64,000 nt of DNA, taken from positions 28,646,001 through 28,710,000 of the forward strand of contig CM052818.1 in NCBI GenBank assembly GCA_028534125.1, read 5' to 3'. The position numbers and the translations under genes are program-made. Shown in pieces: positions 53,051 to 64,000 of the stretch (the first letter of the stretch is position 1; every line of letters begins with the position of its first letter). The DNA comes from Lama glama (lineage: Eukaryota). The notes beneath the pieces were generated by a model. The model was not told where the DNA came from. It made no database searches and was given only the letters and a program-made list of their open reading frames with translations.

Positions 53051-56000
53051 CAGAGATCTTAAAATAGAAAAAAGCTAAAGTGAGCTGACTGATAAAATCC
53101 CAATGGAGGAAACAGCACTAAAGTTGAATACAGTTTGGATTAGCACAGGAAGGAGAAGGACATTTGGAATTCAAGAAAACAACAACACTAAAATCACAGG
53201 ATGGACCTAAACCCAGAGATTCTTTGGCTGGTGGTGAATTTGAAGAAAAGCTATTATATTCAACCTATCCGTCATGAATAAGCCTAAATCCCTTGAGCAG
53301 ACCTCTTTTTCTTCAGTTCCATATCTGCAAAATAAGAACATAGAATGAAACTCCTGATTTTACTTCCCACACTGTAGGCATGTTCAGATACTCCCACAGG
53401 TGACCCATTTTCAAGTGAAAATGGTCTTTTGAGAAAATTTCCTTTCTATGCACAGGCAGTCTGCTTTCCTAGGAAGCTTCAGAGGTCACTCTGGTGAGGC
53501 TATTGAAAACTTAATTTTCCTTTTGGTTTTGAAACAGAAAGAACCTTTGACAACACTGCTGACTGGCTCTGAAGTGGTGGCTGGTGTCAGCTTGGCTGAG
53601 GGTGCAGGAAGACAGAACAGACTGTACCAGCAGGCACTGACCTCTGTTCTCCATGGCCTGAAAGTAGCAAGGCCAAGATAGGAAGCATTTGAAACACTCC
53701 CAGGGCAAGCAGAAGCAAAGGCCAAGGGTTACAGCAGCCGGATAAAGAGTGGGAACACCTGCATTCAGTGATGTAGAGGCTGTCGCTCTAAGGAAAGTAG
53801 TGACAGAGATTAAGTGGCAAAGGTCCTAAGGACAAAGATACAAATAAAAGGCTGCCTTCTGAAGGGGACAGTGGGTTCATAGGGTGGACCCACCCTTGAA
53901 TGTGATCCCCACAGAGAGTGAGGACACATCCAGGCTCTGTGGTGAAAGAACAGGGAGGCACAGAGCAGCAGGTGGCCCTGGTTGCAGGTAGCCCTGGCAC
54001 AAGGAGCCAAGGCACCCTTCAGTGCAGAGTTGAAACTCCGGGCACTATCTTCAGCTATAACTTCGCCTGAAACTTCTTACTAAATATCCCAAACGTTGAC
54101 TGCTTTAGGTTGTTTAGCTTGTGTTCCAAATTCCTTTTGTATGACATTTTTTTTTTACATTTTTTAAATCTTAAGGTGTAAGTTGGCTCATGGTAATATA
54201 GCAAGTATGTCACCTGAACTTTAAAGAGTTCTGTTTGCCACATCCCAGGTTTTCAATGGTTAAAAATTGTGGGATCTTTTGGAGAGAGATGTTTAGGTTA
54301 AAATCTAGAAGCGCCGATACCATGCTTTTCTAAAGGTGAAGACAGTTATTTTGTACAAAGCAAATTGTGATTATTAAGTTTATTTTAACTGATGCAAACT
54401 AAAGCACTAGCTATTTAACAGTTGTGATGTGAGGCTTGAACTGAGGGAAATAAAGGGGGGGGGGACAACAACTAAGGAAATTTCTCTTTCATTAGTAGCT
54501 GTGCATAAAATCATCAGCTCCCAGACTTGCATAAATTAGTTCTGCTGCTTCCTCTCTGAATTCCCCAGAGTTGGCAGTATCCCACCGGCCCCTCAGTTTG
54601 CTCTTAAATGTCACTAGAACCTCCACTCAGAATTATAACCTAATTACAACATACACATTTGGGGATACTTTTATGTTAAGAATTTGTGCAAATTTAACAA
54701 ATGAAACCAGATGAGTTGAAGCAAGGAGAACCACATGAGAAACATAATGTAGATGCAGAGATAAAAAAACATTAGGCAATATTCCCAACATTTTCTCCTT
54801 TAGCATTAAGTGTTTATCAAAGCTGCACACTGCAATAATGGTAATTAATGTTGCATCGTATAATGGAAAATGATTGAGTGATATATTAGAGCTGTAGCTG
54901 CACATCTAAGTGTGTAGTTAACAGCTTGGTTGGTTTTAATATGTGCCATAATTACAGATACCGAGCTGGCATGTTTAGCTAAAAATGTTAAGAAAGTAAT
55001 CACTGAAATAAGATGCAACATGGTTAAATCATTTTAATCTTAATACTACTTCCCCTATTAACATGCAAAAAGACTTTGCTGCTCTTCAGCAAAATGATTT
55101 TCATGTACAATTTTGCTCAGTCCATACAGCAGTTCCATAGGTGTCCTACTAATTAAAGAACAAAGCATAATGTCCTTATACTAGTGGAGCAAAAACAGCA
55201 CTCACAATGGCTTGCACATTGTCCTACACCTTGGAGACTTGGTATGACAATCACTTAAAAACCTTTCTGTGAAGCAATATAAAATGAGGATTTACCTAGT
55301 GTTTACATTCCTGGTCCTAAATAAAGTAATTGTTCAAGGTGAAAGAAAGTCTTTTGCTTCCCTGTAGGGCAGTTCCACATTCATTTTAAACCAATTCTCA
55401 CTCCCTCTAATCTGTGATAAAGAGTCAGGTACCAGCACCTTAACTTCAATTTCTTCCAACAATACAATCTGGTGAAAAAAAATTGCATTCCAGAAAGTAG
55501 ACCTTACAGTAAATACCTACTAAACTAATTTACCTAATGATCTGCATTACAAAATTGGACATGCAGTCCTTGGCAAATGTTTAAATCCTAAAAGTGGATT
55601 TAAAATGTCTCAAAAATACAGCAGTCCAGTAAGATATGATAATATATTACATATAGATATTTATTTGAAAATAATTATCAATACAGTTATAGTGTTGAAA
55701 TATATAAAACTGTACTGTGTTTCTCTCGGTTAAAAATGTAAACACCAGAAAAACATACAACAGTTCCCGAAGGTGGCTGCATAATCATTCTTCTTGCCCT
55801 ATCCATTGTTTTCCCAGGATTGCTGCAATTCCCTAAAACTCCAGTAATTTGCTATGATTTTTCATATACTTCCAAGCTGCATTAATACACCAATTCTACT
55901 TTTTAAGTAACAATTTATTTTTTCCTTTCTTTCTTTAGCTCTTCCCTCGACCACCTTTGACTTTTCCAGGTAATTATATCTGGTAGTAATAACTGAAATT

Positions 56001-56193
56001 CATAATTTTTTGGTTGAAAATAATGATCAAATCTACAATGTATTTCAACAAAATATTTAATTATAATTAGTGTTATGTTCACATATTCATGAGTAGATAA
56101 ACTTTAATAATACTATCTCATGATTACCTTAAAATTACAACCTTACAAAATACACAGTATTGGCTCCAATGTATATTTTTGTTTTTAACATCT

Positions 56194-56303
56194 GGAAGGA
56201 AGGAAGGAAGAGGGAGAGAGAGAAAGAAGAAAGAAAGAAAAGAAAGAAAAAGAAAAGAAAGAAAAGAAAGAAAGAAAGACAGACAGACAGACAGACAGAC
56301 AGA
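56194..56303. repeat. Compound (GGAA)/(GAAA)/(GACA) microsatellite
   Basis: Read directly; it generates the spurious K/R-rich and F/S-rich ORFs at 56124-56354. Confidence 0.95.
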
Positions 56304-57272
56304 TGGAACGAACATTCTATACATCTAAAGGCCAGCACACCCAATTCTTATTAAATACTAGAAGGGATATACTTGAACATTTCATGTCCACCTGGGTAAT
56401 GCCTAGTAAAGACTGGAAGAATGTAAAAATTAGTAATCTCCTAAATTCATCAAAAAATTTATAATCTAATGTTTTATTTATAAAGTTGGCAAAACAAAGA
56501 AATGTTTGTTAAATGCAGAAATCAGCTTATCATTTTTGGACTTTGCTGATAATTACCCTAACTTATATCTATCACAAAAAGAAGGGAAATGCATCCAGGA
56601 ACACAGCTAATGACAGAAGAAGAAATAGGATCAAGATGGAGATATAACATCTACAAATTCTAGAAGGAGATGGTATTCCTTAGGGTTAAATTGGTAACAG
56701 TTGATAAGTTATATAAGATTGGACCTTTTTTATTTATTAGACTGTAGGGAAAATATTATTCAATGTTAAAGAAGTTAAACAATATTTGAAACTAGTGTTA
56801 CTATAAGGAGAAATTAGTCTCCTCAATTAAGGTGATCTAATCTTTTAAATTGATCAAAATGATTCCCAGTAGACGATATGCTAAATGGTTGCTTGTTTAT
56901 TGACAATAAGAACTTCAGCCAGAACCTCAGAGACTATCATTAATGTTATCTCACTTTAAGCCCTATTGAGTACATCAGTATGCTTCTATAAGATACTAAC
57001 AGAAAACACTGAAAAGTAGAAAAGTGAGTCAGTTATAAGCAGCACTGAATTACTTCATAACCATTTGATTAGAACCTACTGGTTAGACAAGCAGAGTATG
57101 TTAATTTTTTTCTAATAAAGTAGATTTAGCAGAGGAAAACGGATTTTTAACTACAGGGGTTACCAATTAAAGTGTGAATCGCGTAACCAAAAGTGCAAAA
57201 TGTATTTTTGTGTCTGGTCTTAAAAACCCATTAGTACTCTATAATTTATCTCTTTATTTTAACATAAGTAGA

Positions 57273-57615
57273 TGTGTTAATTCAGGTCCTCTGAGAAGTA
57301 TATGCCAAAACAGGATTAAATGTGGAACAGATTTATGAGAAGAAATGGTTATGAAGGGAACTGAGAGGGGACATGAGGGAGGCCAGGAGGGCTGTCAGAC
57401 CACATCCTAGTCTGGCCTTTGTGAAGGAAAGGAAGAAGAAGGGAGGTTGAATGGAAGTCTTAGAAGGCAGTGCAGTTCCAGGGAAGTTTGACAAACACAG
57501 TGGAAGTCCTTGATCCAAAGTAACCCTTCAGAGAACTTCTCTATTTCTAAGAAATGGGCCTGTCTTATCCCTGCCCTGCTTAGTCATTGGCTAGGAGTAG
57601 CCCAAAGGAAGTTTG
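57273..57615 (-). mobile_element. ERVL LTR (LTR16-like)
   Basis: tgtgttaattcaggtcctctgagaag...gccaaaacaggatta...tcagaccac...ccctgc...agtcattggctagga. Confidence 0.7.
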
Positions 57616-57619
57616 TGAA

Positions 57620-57860
57620 ACAGGGTCACTAAAACACTAAGACCTAATGGTAAGATTATAGAATGCATTCCCTCCCCACACCTTACTATAAGGGCTTCTG
57701 TATAATGACAGAGGATTATACCCAAAAGAACTGAAAGGACCAGGCTCTATTTAAGAAGTTTGTAGGGAAACCTGAAGATAACGGGATAAAAAAGCAAGAA
57801 AACGAAAGGAAATTTGAAGCTTCAGATATCTACACTTATAACAAACATTAAAGATACTTT
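57620..57860 (+). mobile_element. Old L1 5' region fragment (L1MC/MD-like)
   Basis: cctccccacaccttac...tctatttaagaagttt...agggaaacc...aacattaaa. Confidence 0.6.
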
Positions 57861-60326
57861 GGGGTCTGGATCAAGATAGCAAAACAGGAAGATGCAGAGC
57901 TCACCTTCTTCCATGGGCACAACAAAATTACAACTCCTGATGGAGAAACTATCTCTGAGAGACACCCAAAGAAAGCAGAAAGATTTCCCACAATTAAAGA
58001 TTCATATAAAGAAGCCACAAAGAAATGGCTAGGAGGGGCAGAGATGTGATCTAACAGGATCCACGCCCTTGGTGCAGTGACCTCCTACCAGGAGGAAGAT
58101 CACAACTGTAGAGGTCTTCCCTGAGGAGTAAGGAGTCCAATACCCACATCAAACTCGCCAGCCCATGGGTTGGGTACCAGGAAGATAAGCTTTCAAACTG
58201 TCTGGATGTGAAAGTCAGTGGGGCTTACATTTGGGAGAGCTAGAGAACTGCAGAAAACCAAGTCTCCATTCTCAAAGGGCATACACAAGATCTCACTTGC
58301 TCCAAGCACAGTGACAGACAGTACTTTGAAAGATGTTAAGATGAGGTCCACTTGATTATTTTTGAGAGTCGCCTGGAGAGGCAGGTGACAGCTGAGACTA
58401 AGCTGCTGATGAAAGCCAATTTTGTGATTTTGAACCATGCTGATACTGGTATTGATGGGCAATATTTTGAAATTATCCCTGGAGCCCATCACAACACTCA
58501 GAGCAATTGCACTTCACTAGGCATCAGGCATAGCCAGTCACACTGGGGGCCTAGGCCACCTACAAATGTCCCTGCAGCCATCATGCATGAGCAGGACTCA
58601 TCTAGCAGTGTCAGGGACCTGTCCCACCCACCAGCATACCTGCAGCAACTGTAAAAGGAAGAACTTTGCAGCCAGCTGGGCCAGAGGCCAGCCACATGCA
58701 CTAGCACACTTGCAGCTGTCAGCCCCTCACAACAGAAAGATGCTTGCAGCCCACATAGGAAACACCCCTGAAGCATCTGACTCTGGTGGAGTACGCTGCT
58801 GGACCTCATAGGACAATTCCTACATAAGGCCACTTCACCAAGACTGGGAAATGTTACAGACCTACCTAATACAAAGAAATAAACATCAAGAATTACATAA
58901 AATGAGGATACAGATAAATATGTTCCAAGTGAAAGAATAAATCAAAATCTCAGGGAAAAAAAGACAAAAAAAAACAAAAACAAAAACAAAAAAACAAAAC
59001 AAATCAAAAAGAGAAATAAGCAATTTACCTGATACAGAGTTCAAGGTAATGATCACAAAGATTCTTAATGAACTCAGGAAAAGGACAGATGACTAGAGTG
59101 GAAACTTTAACAAAGAGTTAGAAAATAAAAAACAACCAATCAAAGCTGAAGAATACAAAAACTGAAATGAAAAACACACTAGATGGAATCAATGGTAGAT
59201 TACATGATATAGAAGAACAGATCAGTGATCTAGAAGACAAAGTAGTAGAAATCACTCAAGCTGAACAAAAAAAGAATTAAGAAAAATGAGGATAGTTTAA
59301 GGGACTCTGGAGACAACATCAAGCTTATTAATATTCACATTATAGGGGTCTCAGAAGGAAAAGTGAAAAAGAAAAGGGAAACAAACTTATTTGAAGAAAT
59401 GATAACTGTAAACTTTCATAACCTGGGAGAGGAAACAGACATCCAGGTCCAGGGAGCACAGAGTCCCAAATAAGAATAACTCAATGAGGTCCACACCAAA
59501 GCACATTATAATTAAAATGGCAAAAAATAAAAATTGAAACTCTTAAAAGCAGCAACAGAAAAACAACTAGTTACATACAGGGGAACTCAGGTAAGACTAT
59601 CAGCTAATTTTTCAGCAGAAACTTCACAGGCCAGAAGGGAGTGGCATGATATATTCAAAGTGCAAAAAAAAAAAAAAAAGCCCTACAACCAAGAATACTC
59701 TACCTAGCAAGGTTATCATTCAGAATTGAAGGAGATATAAACAAAATTGATAAATCTTTAGCCAGACTGATCAAGAAAAAAAAGAGAGAGGAGAAAATCA
59801 GAAATGAAAGAGAAGTTAACGACCAACAGCATTTAATACAAAGAATTATAAGATTTACTATAAAAAATTGTATGCCAATAAATTAGACAACCTAGAAAAA
59901 ATGGATCAATTCCTAGGAACATACAATCTTCCAAGACTGAATCAGGAAGAAACAGACAATCTGAACAGACTGATCACTAGTGGTGAAATTGATAACTAAT
60001 CAAAAAACTCCCCACAAACAAAAATCCAGGACAAGATGGCTTCACAGGTGAATTCTAACAAACATTTAAGGAAGAGTTAATACCCATCCTCCTCAAACTA
60101 TTCCAAAACATTAAAGAGGAAGGATCACTCTTAAATTTGTTCTACCAGGCCAGAATTACTTGATACCAAAACTAGTAAAAGACAACACACACACACAAAT
60201 TAAAGCACAATATTCCTGATGAATAGAGATGCAAATATCTTCAACAAAATAGTAGCAAACCATATTTAATAATACGCTGAAAAATTCATACAGTATGATC
60301 AAGTGGGATTTATCCCAGGGATGCCA
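57861..60326 (+). mobile_element. L1 with 5'UTR and ORF1, ~1.7-kb internal deletion, 3'-truncated within RT
   Basis: 5' end homologous to the 4690 L1 (gggcaca.caaaattacaact). ORF1 ATG at 58902. Jump from late ORF1 to post-EN ORF2 at ~59735. Stops at caagtgggatttatcccagggatg (QVGFIPGM) with no 3'UTR. Confidence 0.93.
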
Positions 60327-60344
60327 ACAGACCCCAGGATTACT

Positions 60345-60492
60345 TTAGTAAGTAGTCCTTTGACTTTATTTTTCCTTTCCATAATTGTTTGGCTAGTCTA
60401 GGCTTTTCGGATTTCCATATAAAATGTAAAATCAGCTTGTCAGTTTCTACGAAAAATCTGCTGGGATTTGAATCGGATTGCATTGAAATGTC
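60345..60492 (-). mobile_element. Older antisense L1 ORF2 fragment
   Basis: ttccatataaaatgtaaaatcagcttgtcagtttctac...gctgggattt...ggattgcattgaa. Confidence 0.8.
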
Positions 60493-60616
60493 AAAAGATG
60501 ATGAGACTACCACTCAGTATCTGAAATAAAAAGACAATGCATTTACATGTATTTAAAAAGCAAAAGGATTTTTTTCCTCTTTCCTAACCAAGTTTGTCAA
60601 ATATTAAAACCCAGGT

Positions 60617-61012
60617 GTATCAGCTTACTAGGGCTGCTGTAAAAAATAAAACATTACCATTATCTAGGATGGCTTAAAACAACAGAAATGCATTCTCTCA
60701 CAGCTGTAGAGGTTTAAAGTGTGAAATCAAATGGTCAGCACATTCATGTTCCCTCTGAGACTCTAAGTAAAATCCTTCCTTAACTCTTCCAAGCTTCCAG
60801 TGGTGGCCACCAGGAATCCTTGGCATTCTCTGGTTTGCAGCTGCATGACTCCAATCTCTACCTCCATTATCACGTGGCACTCTCTCCTATCTGTATGTGT
60901 CTCTATGTCTCTTTCCTCTTAAAAAGACACTAGTTACAGTGAATTAGGGCCCAATCTAATTTGAGCATTATCTCATCTTAACTTGATTACATCTGCAAAG
61001 GCCACATTGACA
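60617..61012 (-). mobile_element. MaLR LTR (MLT1C-like)
   Basis: tgtatcagcttactagggctgctgtaa...ggcttaaaacaacagaaat...tctcacag...ccttggcattc...ttgcagctgca...gattacatctgcaaag. Confidence 0.9.
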
Positions 61013-61847
61013 GGTGAAAATAACAACTAATATTTATTTTATTTTAATTGCCATCATAATTTGATAGTTAATAAGTGGCTGGACCAGGACTTGAATCCAG
61101 GTAATGTGGTGACAAAATCTGTGCACTTATCCACTAACCCATACTTTCTCTCAGAATTTAGTGAAAAGCAATTCTAGGTTTGGACTATTGAAAAATTTTC
61201 AGGTACTCTATTGCCCCATTCCTTAAAGCCTTGTGTTTCTGTCACCTCTATCATTCTTCATGTCTCCCAGTTTGATCTGATGCTTTCATTCTATCATTGA
61301 TGCCAGAGTTGCACTCTATATAAATCAGAAGCCAGAGTAAAGGAAAGAAATAACTCCTTTGGTATTCTCAAGAAATAACATTTGTAGGGGCCAATGGCTA
61401 GGCCACTCAGCATGACTGCTCAATGTGACCATCCTCTAGGATAATCTGAATGCTATCTTCATTACCCTGAGATGCTGTGTCTGGAAAGCTCAGAGGAGCT
61501 GACCCACGAAGTGTCTTTCCACCTTAGTACTACTTGAGGGTCATGGTGAATCCAACACAAATGACCTGGGGGTGAGTTTGTCATGGTATTTTTAAAAAAC
61601 TGCTGTTACTCATTATTCATAATTTAATTGGAATATAGTCTGAAAGTCAGTCTTATTCTATAGCCCCAGAAAAGCATCAAGCATACAGCTGACTCTCTTT
61701 AATAGGTCAGGACCTAACCAGGAAAACCTCAAAAATGCTAATTACTCTTTGCTCTGCCCATGACAAAGGCCAGTGTCCCAATCCACACGGATTGAATGCC
61801 AATCTCACACTTTATTGCTAACACAGGTTGCACAGAAGCCTGCAAAA

Positions 61848-61879
61848 GACAGACAGACAGACAGACACACACACACACA
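61848..61879. repeat. (GACA)n(CA)n microsatellite
   Basis: Read directly. Confidence 0.9.
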
Positions 61880-62294
61880 TCCCGCTTGGCCAGTTCACCT
61901 GTAAAATAGTGAGAATTACTGAAGCTCTCTCTCACATATCGTAGGATTTACAGAGGTTTCTGAAGTACTAATTAATTGCCATCATAATTTGACATATTGT
62001 CAGAGTGTAGTGGTTTATTCTGTGTTTATAAAAAATATTTTTTAAAAAACCCACAATGCAAATCCCAACAATAAACTGCCTAAGTGTCTACCTACCCGGT
62101 ACAATTTGAGGGTGATAAAGGCACTTTTATTATTTTCATTCTTTCACCTTAGAAAGTTTACCCAACTATCTATCTGAGTGTCTGGCAGTTGATACTTCAA
62201 GGTCAAGGCACTGACTTACAAAAAAAGGCCGATCATAATTGTTCTTACTCTGCCTAATAACGCTTTAATTCATTAGCAACTGCATTCATTGAAA

Positions 62295-62505
62295 AGAACA
62301 TAAGCTTTAGATTTATAAAGGGCAGAATTCAAATCTTGCTTTTGTGACTTTGTAGTTTTGTATAACGATGTAAAGCACTTAACTGTTTAAAATCACTTAC
62401 AATGGGAGTAACAGTACCAACCCTGCAAGTTTTCAGTGAAGATGAAAAAAGTACAGAGTGCCTGCAGTAGTGAGTTGGTCATGAGAGCTGTTAACAGATA
62501 AAATT
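62295..62505 (+). mobile_element. MIR SINE (diverged)
   Basis: gaaaagaacataagcttt...ttcaaatcttgct...cacttaac...aatgggagtaacagtacc. Confidence 0.6.
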
Positions 62506-63929
62506 AGAAATTTCCTACTTGTCTATAGACTACCTGAGTGTCACAGACAACACTGCAGTGAACGAAGTTTGAGCGCTAAGACTAACTCAGAATTTCTTAT
62601 TACACTGACTTTTCATTGTCTGTTACACATGATCTAACAATGTGACTTAATTTGGCTCCATCTCATCTTTCTAACAGAAGAAATTCTTTACTTCAAGTGC
62701 AGATCTCTTTCTGCCTCCAATTTCACTAGATTTGATATCTCCAGGGTAATTTTTAGGTTCCAAAAATATTATTTAGTGGTTTACTTCTGATATTCAAAAC
62801 CGCACTTTTGTCCTTAAGCTCTACATCCAACATACAAATCTTTTCATTCTATTTCCAGCAAGTTTTTAACAATGATCACATTTATAAACTTAAGACTATC
62901 AATGTTTTAAATTGCATTCATAAATTTAATATATTTCATTTCCTGTTTAAGTACTTTGGCTAACTTATAAAATAATATTTCCCCTAATGCTTTTAATAAA
63001 ACCAGCAGAATTAAAACTGTAAATATGATGATTCTTAAATTATTTTGTTTCCCAATACAATACATAATTTTAGTAAATTATTAGTCTAAAGCAAGTACTC
63101 AATGACACATTTTAAATTAGAATCACAAGGTTAATTTTTTACTTGAAAAAGCCAATCCTCTTTAATATTACAGCTAGCTAAAATACCAAATTTGGACAAA
63201 TTCCTTCTTAGCACAAAAATAATAATGCTATAGATATGATTCTATCAGTCATCTGTATGTCTAATCCTAAATCTTCCTGTGGTTAAGTATGTTAAGGAAA
63301 CAATTATATCACCCTATACATCTTCTCAGGAGGTTAAGATCATTTAAGGACCAGAAATATAAGCCAGATATATAAGATCCAGAGCTATAAATATGCAAAG
63401 TGATTTTTTTCTCACCTTCCCAACTGTCAGGCTGACTGCCATTTTTGGGCACTTCATCCTAGAGTTCTTAAACTAAAGAAGGAAGGTGGTAATGTAACCC
63501 AATTTTCTATACTTGAGTCACATCTTTACCTCCTTCTACCATTTTATTATATAGCTTTGCAACTTTCCACCTAGACCAGTACACCACTCAATTGAATTTT
63601 TTATTTTTCTGGTTCTAATTTTATAGATCTAATAAATTCCTAAGAACTAGTCATTCTTTTCAAATCCACTTTATTTCTTAGTGTGGAGACTTTTCAGATT
63701 TTGAAACGGTAGTCATGGGAACTCTGCACACCTCCTTTGTTTTTTTTCCTTCAATACAATGCCAAGCTCATTATCTTGATAAGACTAAAGCAAGGAAAAG
63801 GTTCAGCTGAAGTACAAACTCAAAAGCACACACACAAAAAGTTATATCATGTTAACCAAAAGAAATGTGGACTTAGAGATGCCATGTTGAAAAGCTCTAT
63901 AGGGGCCATTCACACCAGGGCCTAGAGTT

Positions 63930-64000
63930 GTCAGTGTGCCAAGTATTGTTCTGGGCATTGAAGACACACTAGTAACAAGAAAGACAAGGCCCCTGCTCTC
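63930..64000 (-). mobile_element. L2 3' fragment running off the window
   Basis: tgtgccaagtattgttctgggcattgaagacac...acaagaaagacaaggcccctgctctc. Confidence 0.75.

Noticed and set aside
56124..56354. K/R-rich and F/S-rich ORFs
   Set aside because: Translation of a GAAA/GACA microsatellite.

Overview
AT-rich, CpG-depleted mammalian genomic DNA, most likely a gene desert or large intron. The L1 3' ends look cetartiodactyl-type. I saw no CHR, Bov-tA or PRE-1 SINEs, which points tentatively to a camelid-like lineage. I found no credible intact protein-coding gene: the ORF track consists of decayed L1 ORF1/ORF2 fragments, antisense-L1 frames and chance ORFs. The window is a layered transposon record. 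It holds a near-full-length decayed LINE-1 (~4.69-11.76 kb) inserted into an L2, a second internally deleted and 3'-truncated L1 (57.86-60.33 kb), several truncated L1s, solo LTRs (ERV1-like, MaLR, ERVL, Gypsy-like), L2s, MIRs and a MER2-like DNA element. The best-supported unusual item is a 40-nt antisense 5S rRNA 5' fragment with an 18-bp target-site duplication and no poly(A), inside L1 ORF2 (a tailless retropseudogene). Other items: a perfect 26-bp inverted repeat, two inverted related LTRs with the same 4-bp TSD, a consensus CTCF site in an old LTR, and weak hints of a minus-strand host transcript. I found no evidence of a novel biological system. Repeat family names come from recalled consensus sequences, not a database search.
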